Made by a program: the position numbers and the translations under genes. A stretch of 64,000 nt of DNA from positions 985 to 64,984 of the forward strand of contig CASIBX010000008.1 of the NCBI GenBank assembly GCA_949373075.1. Direction: 5' to 3'. This DNA is from Candidatus Poseidoniaceae archaeon. Its GTDB lineage: Archaea > Thermoplasmatota > Poseidoniia > Poseidoniales > Poseidoniaceae. Positions 55,061 through 64,000 of the stretch are shown in pieces. The notes under the pieces are model-generated. The model was not told where the DNA came from, made no database searches, and saw only the letters and a list, made by a program, of their open reading frames with translations. Position 1 is the stretch's first letter; each line of letters begins with the position of its first letter.

Positions 55061-55510
55061 ATGGTGACAACAATTAGACGATATGTAGAAACTGATACTG
55101 GACACAGAGTTCCCAACCACAAATCAAAATGCCGTCACATGCACGGGCACAGATATCGTTTTGAAGCCGAAATAGAAGGTGATGTGGTAAATGTTGGAGG
55201 AGTTTCAGAAGAAGGAATGTTAATCGATTTTTCAGATGTATCCAATATCTTGAATGAGTATGTGCACGATATTATCGACCATGCATTCGTAGTGTACGAC
55301 AAAGATACAGTACTGCTAGAATTGTTCGATAAACTCCCACCTGAGCACAGGATAGTGAGGGTGCCCTTCATTCCAACTGCCGAAAATTTAGCTAAGTGGG
55401 CATTCGAACAAGTAGCACCACACATTAGAACATCATATGGCAATGACTTACGACTAGTGGCAATGCACGTCAGAGAGACTCCGAAGTCTTGGGCTTGCTG
55501 GAAGGAGTAA
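55061..55510 (+). CDS. queD: 6-carboxy-5,6,7,8-tetrahydropterin synthase QueD
   Basis: DTGHRVPNHKSKCRHMHGHRYRFE matches the PTPS-type His/Cys motifs. A GTG at 55052 is an alternative start. Confidence 0.9.
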   Translation: MVTTIRRYVETDTGHRVPNHKSKCRHMHGHRYRFEAEIEGDVVNVGGVSEEGMLIDFSDVSNILNEYVHDIIDHAFVVYDKDTVLLELFDKLPPEHRIVRVPFIPTAENLAKWAFEQVAPHIRTSYGNDLRLVAMHVRETPKSWACWKE

Positions 55511-56306
55511 CACGCTTTCTGCGTTCCCTCTTCCAATTTTCATCACCAGATACTTTCTGCAAAGCCGTAGTTGCTTGGACGAATGAACCAATCATTCTCT
55601 CGGCTTCAGTATCCAATGGTATGCCTCGCATTATTACGCGGTCATATACATCCGCAATCAATTCATTAATATCGCTATCAAGGGAATTGGCAAACTCATC
55701 GATTGATTGTTTCAATATTTGTCTTAATTGTGGTGCCAAACCTCTCTGTTTTATTACGCCTTTAATCGGTGCACCATTCAAAATCCGATCTCTATGCAAT
55801 TCATAGACACAATGTCCAACTGCCTGTGAAAGGTTAGCTATTGGGTATCCCTCCCAGGTTGGTAAGGTAAGCAAAAAATCACACATGTCTAACTCTTCGG
55901 AAGATAGCCCTTTACCCTCTTCACCAAAAATTAGCGAGACTCTACCTTCGAGGTTTCGAATTTTTTCAGCAAACTCCCATGGCAAAATAAAATGGCGTTT
56001 GAGAATCTTCGAACCGACTTCTCTTTTGCCACTAGTACCAACGACCAGTGAAGAATCTGCAATTGCGTCTTCGAGTGAGGTGTAAATCATAGCAGAATCC
56101 AATATGCTGCCAGAGTGCTTAGCACGATTTCGTGCTTCTTCATCATCTACAGAGCATTCCGGACTTACCAGTGACAACTTGGTAAAACCATGATTGAGCA
56201 TTGCCCTACAAACAGCTCCTAAATTGCCTGGATGGTTAATGCCAACCAATACTATGTCTAATTCGTAATTAGAGGTTGGAAGCGGCACATTCATTCTATC
56301 GCCCAT
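55470..56306 (-). CDS. SpoU/TrmH-family RNA 2'-O-methyltransferase (TrmJ-like)
   Basis: VLVGINHPGNLGAVCRAMLNHGF..., ...LIFGEEGKGLS..., ...PIANLSQAV, which are SPOUT motifs. Its 3' end overlaps the queD 3' end by 41 nt. Confidence 0.8.
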   Translation of the reverse strand: MGDRMNVPLPTSNYELDIVLVGINHPGNLGAVCRAMLNHGFTKLSLVSPECSVDDEEARNRAKHSGSILDSAMIYTSLEDAIADSSLVVGTSGKREVGSKILKRHFILPWEFAEKIRNLEGRVSLIFGEEGKGLSSEELDMCDFLLTLPTWEGYPIANLSQAVGHCVYELHRDRILNGAPIKGVIKQRGLAPQLRQILKQSIDEFANSLDSDINELIADVYDRVIMRGIPLDTEAERMIGSFVQATTALQKVSGDENWKRERRKRVTPSSKPKTSESL

Positions 56307-56509
56307 TACAAGACCTCCGCAATCCAGCGAGGGTCACAGGGAGCGTACAGAAAGAATACTGCCTCCTCATCATTTTCACGGTCAGGCATAACAATCGAAT
56401 GCTTACGATAACCATGATTGTCACGAAGATGCTGAATGAGCACCAACAATTCGTCCTTGCTACCATGCACACTGACGGGATTTCTGTCCCAGGCGACTCT
56501 AATCGCCAT
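56306..56509 (-). CDS. small conserved-looking hypothetical protein at the distal end of the ribosomal-protein operon
   Basis: MAIRVAWDRNPVSVHGSKDELLVLIQHLRDNHGYRKHSIVMPDRENDEEAVFFLYAP... I recognised no family. It is tightly packed, with a stop that overlaps the downstream start by 1 nt. Confidence 0.4.
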   Translation of the reverse strand: MAIRVAWDRNPVSVHGSKDELLVLIQHLRDNHGYRKHSIVMPDRENDEEAVFFLYAPCDPRWIAEVL

Positions 56510-56519
56510 CAATGAAACC

Positions 56520-56714
56520 TCAGTCAGTACGGCGCTGTCGATATCTGGTTACGTATCCGGCAATCCAATTGCGCAATTTCTTGGATCCACCTACATCAGT
56601 GAGTTCTTGAACCATTTTCTTGTTGTGGTCAAAATCATTGGTGAACTTTTCACCATGTTCTTCACATAGAATAATTGCACGTATTTTGATAAAACTTGGA
56701 CGTATATTACCCAT
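56520..56714 (-). CDS. rps17e: 30S ribosomal protein eS17
   Basis: [10 protein letters not shown]...[15 protein letters not shown]...[14 protein letters not shown]. Confidence 0.9.
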   Translation of the reverse strand: MGNIRPSFIKIRAIILCEEHGEKFTNDFDHNKKMVQELTDVGGSKKLRNWIAGYVTRYRQRRTD

Positions 56715-56716
56715 TT

Positions 56717-56992
56717 TCACTCCTCCATGAGTTTGACTTCGATAGGAATATCTGGCTCGTCGTGACGAGTAACTTGTAGTCTAATCTTGCGTGGAGGATT
56801 CTCAATTCCACGTTCCCATATCTTTTCATTGACCGCTGGGTCAATCCAGACTTCTTCGTCCTCAGCTACTTTCAGATGCTGGACTACTTGATTTTTGATG
56901 ATTTGGATAGCCCTAGGTGCTCTCTTGTATCGAGTAATGTTCCATGCGTTCCTCAAAGGAACTACTAATTCGCTAACTGCTCCACGTGCCAT
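56717..56992 (-). CDS. rpl31e: 50S ribosomal protein eL31
   Basis: VVPLRNAW...[13 protein letters not shown]...[27 protein letters not shown]. Confidence 0.92.
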   Translation of the reverse strand: MARGAVSELVVPLRNAWNITRYKRAPRAIQIIKNQVVQHLKVAEDEEVWIDPAVNEKIWERGIENPPRKIRLQVTRHDEPDIPIEVKLMEE

Positions 56993-56998
56993 TCATAA

Positions 56999-57154
56999 TC
57001 ACCTCTGTAATTTACTGCGCCTCCAGTGGTGGCGCTTTGGATGAGAAACTGTATTGCGCGCTGTCTTAAGCATGACCCAGACAGGTACACGTCGGTTTTG
57101 CTTTCCAACCTTCAATAGGCGGATTTTCTTTGCGGCCGGCTTGTTGCGTGACAT
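56999..57154 (-). CDS. rpl39e: 50S ribosomal protein eL39 (51 aa; below the ORF-track length cut-off)
   Basis: My translation: [51 protein letters not shown], then stop. It sits between eL31 and the PDCD5-like gene, the usual archaeal order. Confidence 0.9.
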   Translation of the reverse strand: MSRNKPAAKKIRLLKVGKQNRRVPVWVMLKTARNTVSHPKRHHWRRSKLQR

Positions 57155-57163
57155 ATTTTCACC

Positions 57164-57532
57164 TCAGATTCTACGTATGCTAGTCTCTCGGCGGCCTTCA
57201 GAAAGGCCAGCGAGGATTCGCTTGAGTTGTTGATCGTTTACAGGGATTGCGATTCTGTTTTCACCAGCGAGTGTAGCCAGATGCGTTTTGACCCTTGTTG
57301 TCAACTCTTGGTTGACCAGATTGAGGCTGGCTAAACGAGAGCGGGCCTCAGGAGTAAGAATTGTCTTCATTGAACCATCGAGTTCTGCAACTGCAGCTGC
57401 TTGAGTTTGCTGCTCGATTTCAGCATCGGCTTGTGCAGCAGCCTGTTCCTCTAACTGAGTCTGAATCTGAGCCATGCGTTGAGCACGCAGGTTGGCCAAT
57501 TCATCGTCAGCAGTGGAAGCCATAGTAGTCAC
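57164..57532 (-). CDS. PDCD5/TFAR19-like DNA-binding protein
   Basis: LRAQRMAQIQ...ILTPEARSRLASLNLVNQELTTRVKTHLATL... It sits in the conserved archaeal eS19-PDCD5-eL39-eL31 context. The start is GTG 57532 or ATG 57523. Confidence 0.8.
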   Translation of the reverse strand: MTTMASTADDELANLRAQRMAQIQTQLEEQAAAQADAEIEQQTQAAAVAELDGSMKTILTPEARSRLASLNLVNQELTTRVKTHLATLAGENRIAIPVNDQQLKRILAGLSEGRRETSIRRI

Positions 57533-57552
57533 GTCCTTTCACTTCCATTGAA

Positions 57553-58044
57553 TCAGTACTTTGCTAGACCAGGATATGCTTCCTCGGCCTTACCACGTAC
57601 TGAGTGAGCAACTTCATCTAGGACTTTTTGACCTAGTGGAGTGAGTGCTCTACCTGCATACAGTTTTTGGTCACCATCAACTGACTGAACAGTTCTAGTT
57701 TCCATCATTTGAATTAATCCAGCATCTCCAAGTTGTTGTAATGCTGTGCGAATAATGTGACGGCTACCCATAGCCGGAGTATGTGGGTTAGAGCCATTGT
57801 CTTTCTTCCCACCATATGCTTGTGCAAGCGAATTTACTCCAATTGGACCTTCACGGCCAACCTTTCGTAGTAGGGCAGCGCAACGCAACATCCACCAGTT
57901 TTCTTGAGAAGGAGGGCGTTCACGATGAATGCCTGTCTTTACGTAATCAGCCCACTCCGGACGTGAAATCCCATCAATATCAGATAGTCTATCAGCAAGA
58001 GCTGGGTTCAATAGGTCTGCAGGGACATCATAGAACGTCGTCAT
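57553..58044 (-). CDS. rps19e: 30S ribosomal protein eS19
   Basis: MTTFYDVPADLL...PEWADYVKTGIHRERPP...NWWMLRCAALLRKV...GGKKDNG. Confidence 0.92.
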   Translation of the reverse strand: MTTFYDVPADLLNPALADRLSDIDGISRPEWADYVKTGIHRERPPSQENWWMLRCAALLRKVGREGPIGVNSLAQAYGGKKDNGSNPHTPAMGSRHIIRTALQQLGDAGLIQMMETRTVQSVDGDQKLYAGRALTPLGQKVLDEVAHSVRGKAEEAYPGLAKY

Positions 58045-58154
58045 CGTAGCACCAAGCAACTTGCCGACCAAACTCCCCTATATGAAAGGCACTGTTCTTG
58101 CGGTGTTTTGGACACTTACAGAGAGGGGACTGCGGGCCTAGTTTCGCAGGGTTC

Positions 58155-59138
58155 ATGAAGTACTCTCATTTGGGGTCAAACATGCGTAAGGCATTGGCCC
58201 AAAATCCGAACTTGTTGCGGACGCTAATTGGCATGGGGGTGACTCTCATATTTTTACTTGCATACGCAGTGTACGGAGCCACAATCAGCACTGAATATTT
58301 CATCTACAAATCTAATTCCCAAGAAGTTGAATTGGAACTGGGTGAGCCAGAACGATATTACGATGATAGTTCAGACTCAACAACATGGACCTGGGATGTG
58401 GAACTAAATGGTGAGAACCTCACTTGGGTCAATCTTTCTGCCAGTTCGCTATCAACAGGTGCGGTAATTTCGATTTCAAATGCAGCAGGTATCTACAGTC
58501 ATCCTGACTTAGGCGACGAAGATGCCAAAGAGTTTTCATGTTCAACATCTTGTCTAAAACGTAACGAGCATCTGGCCAACTCCACAGATGGCATGGCAGA
58601 AATATATTCCTTAACAGATCCTGACCCGGCTTTGAGAGGAACCGGAACAGTGTATGCTGATTCGCTAAAGGAAGCAACCAAAAAAGCAAGCGAACTAATT
58701 GAAACCGATTTCGAGCCTGCAAACGTTAGGATAACTGTACAAGAACAGGGAGATAGAAATGTTAACCCATCTGTGGTATTGACACAAGTCAATGAAGAAC
58801 TTTCTGACATTAGTCAATTTGAAGTTGATGCTGCAACAGAATTCATGTGGGCTTTGGCTGCAGTAATTGGGTGCTTTAGTATGGTTTTAGTTCCATCATT
58901 CACCGTTTATTTCGCTGCAAGGGCGAAACAAAATAAGTTAGATTTGAAACTTGAAGCGGCAAAGGTAGAATTAGATTCTAATTCAGATACAGAGGAGGAA
59001 AAAACTGTAGTTGAAGAGATAGAAGACAAAGATAAGACCGAAGATCAAAAACCGGTTAATATCACTTACAATATACAAAATATCGCAATTCAGGACTCCG
59101 TTTTAGTTGATTCAAATATATCTAATGAATCAGAATAA
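58155..59138 (+). CDS. bitopic/double-anchored membrane protein with extracytoplasmic domain and acidic tail, unknown function
   Basis: N-terminal TM helix LIGMGVTLIFLLAYAVYGA, a ~210-aa loop, a second TM helix FMWALAAVIGCFSMVLVPSFTVYFA, and an acidic C-terminus. The start is uncertain (58155 or 58182). Confidence 0.5.
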   Translation: MKYSHLGSNMRKALAQNPNLLRTLIGMGVTLIFLLAYAVYGATISTEYFIYKSNSQEVELELGEPERYYDDSSDSTTWTWDVELNGENLTWVNLSASSLSTGAVISISNAAGIYSHPDLGDEDAKEFSCSTSCLKRNEHLANSTDGMAEIYSLTDPDPALRGTGTVYADSLKEATKKASELIETDFEPANVRITVQEQGDRNVNPSVVLTQVNEELSDISQFEVDAATEFMWALAAVIGCFSMVLVPSFTVYFAARAKQNKLDLKLEAAKVELDSNSDTEEEKTVVEEIEDKDKTEDQKPVNITYNIQNIAIQDSVLVDSNISNESE

Positions 59139-59208
59139 TTTGATATTACGTTCTAAAAATTGAGCGAAGGTGTCATATTGCTTGCAACATTGTCATGAGC
59201 CGAGGCCC

Positions 59209-62200
59209 ATGCGACGTATCATCCCAATAGTACTCATCGCGCTACTCATTCCATCAATATCTCCGATGGTTGTAGCTACGTCAGGACGGGCTGTGAATAT
59301 CGACTTAGATGTAACTGATATATCGATAACTTACCCTGATTCTGTGAACCAATCTCTGTACAAAATGTTCTCTTCAAACTATCCGATTGCTGAGTTTAAT
59401 AAGCCTGAAAACCTCTATGTTACCGATGGTGTTGTAGATGTTGAAATGAACATAAATGTTGTAATTGAAAATTTGGGGACAGTACAGTCTGGATTTGTGG
59501 ACATTGAATTATTGGTACTACACAATGAGTACGCAAGATTTGAACTTCTTAACGAATCTCGGACACTTAGTCCGATATCAGGATCTTCTTCCGCCTCGAT
59601 TGATGTTTTATGGACACCTAATTATGCAGGAAAATCATACATTGCAGATAACAGTATCAAACTCGAATGGTGATGATGACGTAACAAATAATCAACAAAC
59701 AAGGCACTTGACTGTAGCCTATCTGTATGACAACTGCGTTGACATGTCACAATGGACAAGTTCTGGTGAATGGGCAGTCAATTCGGATGCTTTTATCTCG
59801 CAATCCAATTCATTCCACGTAGGAAACGGGCAATTTTCAACTTATACAAATTCACAAACTTCAACTTTAACAAGCCCTACTTTTAACGTAGCAGATGATG
59901 TAAATGGCCATAATTCTGCAATAGGATATTCATTTTTCTATACGGGCGGGGCAGGAGCCGGTGAACAAATGAAGGGTTACATCAAGGACGACATGGGGAA
60001 CTGGGATGAAACTTTCACACTGTCTAGTGTTGTCGATAATAATTTCCAGGATGGGATAAATTGGCAAACATTTTCAGTTCCATACAACGGCAAAAGTTCT
60101 CCACTAATCCCAGTTGACAATTCACATTTCCATTCATCGACACAAATGAGATTTACATTTACATCTGATGCACTAGACAATGACATTGGATATTGGATAG
60201 ATGACTTAGTAATAATTTATGACCAAGCTGCAAGGAAAGTTGAGTATCAAGTTAACTTGGCGGGTGTAAGTGCATTGGGTGGTTTACCTGGAGATTGGTC
60301 AACAACGCGTCTTGAAGTTACAAATTCAGGGAATATATCTGGAAGGTACACACCTGTGGCCAGTGGAGTACCAAATGGTTGGTCACACTACTTCGCCAAT
60401 CCTAATGGAGCAAGTATTGGTTCATCGGGTTTAGAACTATTACCCGGGGAATCAAGGATTTTTGATTTACGTGTGTTAGTTGATAGTAATGCCACTCAAG
60501 GCAATTTGCCAGTAACTGTAAACGTCACATCTAATCTATACCCGGATGTTCAACACGGAGTTGAGACAGTGCTAAAGGTTCTACCAGATCGACTACCCGA
60601 CATCATTGTGCCAGATGTCACCCCAAGATGTAGCCCCGGTTCTAGTTGTAATTTCCCCATTCAAATAAAAAATGTAGGAGATGCAACCGATGTCTTCTCA
60701 CTATCAATCGCAGATAAAAATGTGCCAACTGGATGGAGTATGTCACTGGCTTGGAATCAGTCGACAAATGTATTGGTCAGAGTTGACACACCGATTGATG
60801 TATGGATGACTGCAACTGTTCCAGAAGGAGTTGAGCCGGATGTGACGGCGGAAGTATGGCTCACAGCGACGAGTACAAATGATTCACGAAGGTCAGATAT
60901 GGAAGCGATTGAGGTATCTGCAGCAATGATAAGTGACTCGGAGATTTCAGCTGAACTATTGGGTCAAGAAGATGGGTTTATTGATGCTGGACAATCAACA
61001 GATGTTTCATTCAGAATCTGGAATAACGCCAGCCGGATTGACATATTCCGGCCTCAAGTCGATTTCACTGAAGTTACAGGTTGGACTGTGGAATTACTGA
61101 ATTCACCCGATTTAGCAATATCTCCCGAGTCGTCATCGACGTACTCTGTAAGGATTACAGCGCCAATTACTGCACAAGCGGGAGACATGGGGCCAATGAT
61201 TACACCGAAGGCACTTTCGATGCGCTCTGGCCAATTAATTACTGGAGATGCTTGGCAAGGGCTGAGAGTAAACTCATTGCATGACCTGTCAATCCAACTG
61301 ATTGAATCCCCTAGTAAATTAACTCCTGGCGTACCAATAATGATGACTGTAGAAGTTACGAATAGCGGTAATGGACCTGCTGTGGCGATAATTGATCTGC
61401 CTTGGTCACCAGAATCGTGGACTTGGTGGGCATTGGTCGATGGAACTAATGTTACAGATGGTGTACCACTATCGGTTTCATATGACTTGGAGAATATCAA
61501 AACCGTTAATATCTGGTTAACACTAACATCACTAGAAGCACCAGGTGAATTTCATGAGATTACTATTACTGTAGAGCCAGAAGATGGTGAAGACAATAAT
61601 GGCGACGACAATTACGTGATGTTTGAAGCTATAACTGAAACAATACGACAACCAAGGCTAGATGGATATTCTAATGAAAGCATTGTAGAAACTGGTTCAA
61701 CCTACACCTTCAACGCTACAGCATGGAATATAGGAAATGCAGCAGACAATACAATCAGGGCAAGATTGGTTCTACAAACCAATCCAGCCTCATCGAATGT
61801 TGTTGGGTTCCTATCGACTGAGAATGGGCTCTCAAAAACAGCAGGGGAATGGATAAACCTCAACTTAGGAGCAACAGAATCTGTGGACTTACTCGCTGAC
61901 GTAATCATTTCATCAGACTGTGGCCTCAACTCAATAATTTCTGCCACAATTGAACTGGAAGGTGGAGCCGATGAATTAGGCCGCCCAATTGTAAAAACAA
62001 TAACAGTAGCATTGATGGTTGGCGAGAGAAGAAATGTTGTGCTTGAAGAAATTTCAGCACCAGATGAACAATTGAAAGAGGATTCAAAACACATAATGTG
62101 GGTTAATCTCACCTCAACATCTACTCAAGATGAGATATTCGATATCGATGCAAGTATACCTAATGGATGGGGGCTCATTTGTGATGGCAATACAATCCAT

Positions 62201-62719
62201 CTTCAATCGGTCAGAATTGAAATGGACCAAGGGCACTTGATTACTCAAAGCCATGACATGCGCTGTGAATTAATTCGAGAATCTGGACCATATGATGGTG
62301 AAGTTAAGTTGTCCATCAATGGAAGTGATGATAGAATAAACTATGAAATAACCAACAGAATAACCTGGGCAAGTCCGAATGTTGAGGAAACTATGTTCTC
62401 TACAACTGTGGTTGCATCAAGCATTGGTGGGTTTACCTTACTAGCAGCAATTATACTGTTTTTGAGAAAGAGTGATTCTGATGATGAATTCGACGACGAT
62501 TACGAAGATGATGAGCAATTCATCGAAGAGGATTTACCTATGAAAGGACCTCCTGCATCTGCATTTGCAGGCCCACCCGCGACTGTGCAACCGGTTGAAG
62601 ATACAATGACTGAGTATGAAAGACAAGTTGATGAATATAATAGAAAAGTAGCCGAATATCAGGCATGGCAGGCTGCGCAAGGTTCACAGGTAGTAGATGA
62701 TACGACCAACAATGAGTGA
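59209..62719 (+). CDS. large (about 1170 aa) cell-surface protein: signal peptide, repeated CARDB-like beta-sandwich modules, galactose-binding/MAM-like module, C-terminal TM anchor and acidic tail; single frame break at the A-run 59631-59634
   Basis: MRRIIPIVLIALLIPSISPMVVATSG. Recurrent ...(V/I)(T/K)N.GN... modules (VIENLGTV, VTNSGNISG, IKNVGDATD, VTNSGNGPA, AWNIGNAAD). GYWIDDLVI. TM helix VVASSIGGFTLLAAIILFL. ORFs 59170..59673 and 59465..62719 join as ...LWTPNYAG|NHTLQITVSNSNGDDD. Confidence 0.7.
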
Positions 62720-62891
62720 GTTACCAGTAATGTGGTTCGGCTTGCTATCATTAGTTGCGATATTTGGAGTTGCAACATGGTTTTTAGAAAACTTCTCTGA
62801 AAAAAATGAATTGAAAAAAATAACCGGCATTTGTGGAGTGATTTCAATGCTTTCTCTGTTATATTTGACATTTACAACTGAGGGGATCTGA
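62712..62891 (+). CDS. small 2-TM membrane protein
   Basis: MSELPVMWFGLLSLVAIFGVATWFLE...ITGICGVISMLSLLYLTF. The ATG overlaps the upstream stop, and its own stop overlaps the next start (TGATG). Confidence 0.45.
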   Translation: MSELPVMWFGLLSLVAIFGVATWFLENFSEKNELKKITGICGVISMLSLLYLTFTTEGI

Positions 62892-63277
62892 TGATTGATG
62901 GTGATTGGTCATACTTCACCCCGGTACGTCTTCCAGTAAATTGGGAATTTGAAGGTGATGCGGGAATCCATCCTGAAATTGAAGGAATTACAGGGAGAAA
63001 TGTTGTTCTATTAATTGAAAAGAGTTTTTCAAGACTGGAGAGGATTCTAGCTAAAGTTTTGAAGGCCCCTAAGGTTGTTCGTAGGCCCATGCACCATACT
63101 CAATCGATGCTCTGGGAATTGATGGATGGAGTTAGAAACTTTGAACAAATATGCGATATAATGTTGACTTTGTATCATGAAGATATTTCACCTGTGCATG
63201 ATAGAATTAAATCATATCTAGAAGTATTCGTTAGACTGAATGTAGCTACTGTCCTCAAACCTAGGGAAGAAGAGTGA
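62891..63277 (+). CDS. PqqD-like (RRE-type winged-helix) domain protein
   Basis: ...RRPMHHTQSMLWELMDGVRNFEQICDIMLTLYHEDISPVHDRIKSYLEVFVRLNV resembles the PqqD consensus (..iW.l.DG.rt..eI...l...y......v..dv..fl..L). Confidence 0.5.
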   Translation: MIDGDWSYFTPVRLPVNWEFEGDAGIHPEIEGITGRNVVLLIEKSFSRLERILAKVLKAPKVVRRPMHHTQSMLWELMDGVRNFEQICDIMLTLYHEDISPVHDRIKSYLEVFVRLNVATVLKPREEE

Positions 63278-63581
63278 GTATTTCTTGCGGTGGTCTTCCA
63301 ATTACTGCGACTCCGTTGTGAATTAATATCGGACGCTGAAGCAATTTGGCATTGTCGATTAACAATTTTTTCATATCTCTTTTATTCTCAGAAACATAAA
63401 TGATATCCTTGGCGATATCCTCAATTCGAATTACATTATCCAATTCTAGGAGGATCTCAAAATCTTCTGAAGCAATACCTAAATCCAAATAACGATATTC
63501 ATCAAATTCAATACCCCTGTCTACAAGAATAGCCAATGCTTCTCTTGATTTAGAACAGCGTGGATTATGATACAATCGCAT
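63261..63581 (-). CDS. ArsC/Spx-family (glutaredoxin-like) protein
   Basis: MRLYHNPRCSKSREALAILVDRGIEFDEYRYL...LLQRPILI. Confidence 0.8.
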   Translation of the reverse strand: MRLYHNPRCSKSREALAILVDRGIEFDEYRYLDLGIASEDFEILLELDNVIRIEDIAKDIIYVSENKRDMKKLLIDNAKLLQRPILIHNGVAVIGRPPQEILTLLP

Positions 63582-63602
63582 TTTATTACCTCTGTTTTAC
63601 TA

Positions 63603-64000
63603 TCAAAGTGGTGACCATACCAGACGTAATCCAATGCCATCACTGCGCTTATCTACTAATGAAATTCCTTTTGCATATGATGTTGTAGATTCCGATTCCA
63701 TCAACCATGAACCGCCCTTAGTAATCCTCTTGAGGCCAACTTCAGAACTGGTCCACTCCGCTACATTACCGTGACAATCGAACAAGCCCCAAGGATTCTC
63801 TTTTTTCTGACCAACTTCTCTGGTAGTTGCTCCTGAGTTTCCAGCATGCCAAGCCACCTCGTCGAGTTCACTATCTCTGTCAGAATGAAACCATCTGGAA
63901 GTGGTTCCAGCCCTGCAAGCATATTCCCACTCATCAGCAGTTGGCATTCTCCAGACTCCCGCCAGACCAAGTTTCTCTCCCGTATCCATTTCATTTAATT
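63603..64000 (-). CDS. formylglycine-generating-enzyme (FGE/SUMF1) domain protein, 5' end off window
   Basis: RMPTADEWEYACRAGTT...NPWGLFDCHGNVAEWTS...GGSW...GLRLV are FGE-sulfatase domain motifs. The frame stays open upstream of the track ATG to base 64000. Confidence 0.8.
   Translation of the reverse strand, partial: LNEMDTGEKLGLAGVWRMPTADEWEYACRAGTTSRWFHSDRDSELDEVAWHAGNSGATTREVGQKKENPWGLFDCHGNVAEWTSSEVGLKRITKGGSWLMESESTTSYAKGISLVDKRSDGIGLRLVWSPL

Overview
The window is a gene-dense, moderately AT-rich stretch of an archaeal chromosome. Archaeal markers are PAN, PriS, Kae1, aMBF1, Tsr3, split transketolase, SRP54 and the ribosomal proteins eS19, eL39, eL31 and eS17. The very acidic, low-complexity proteins and tight packing suggest a marine planktonic Thermoplasmatota (Marine Group II-like) lineage, but that is inference only.

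Almost everything is core metabolism or information processing:
- protein targeting (ArsA/GET3-family ATPase, SRP54)
- non-oxidative pentose-phosphate genes
- an OPT transporter and a P-type ATPase
- three futalosine-pathway (mqn) genes
- MetRS
- a histidine-utilisation route (hutH, hutU, hutI, glutamate formiminotransferase, cyclodeaminase) spread over three loci
- FdhD with a YdeP-like molybdoenzyme
- methylmalonyl-CoA mutase and epimerase
- an ABC-2 exporter
- a preQ0 operon (RHH, folE, queE, queC::msrB, queD)
- a ribosomal-protein operon
- one tRNA-Val(GAC)

I saw no CRISPR array, transposase, integrase, rRNA or recognisable defence genes.

The most unusual observations are:
1. A roughly 6 kb block (4.9-11.1 kb) in which every gene is frame-disrupted, while the flanking genes are intact. 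Three of the frame switches fall on the same octamer.
2. A QueC that has lost its zinc-binding cysteines and is fused in frame to MsrB, in an operon headed by a translationally coupled RHH protein.
3. Several tightly coupled operons of uncharacterised acidic, proline-rich, zinc-ribbon or surface proteins.
4. Extreme packing, including four convergent gene pairs whose stop codons abut with no spacer.

All calls come from reading the translations and sequence by eye. No database searches were run.
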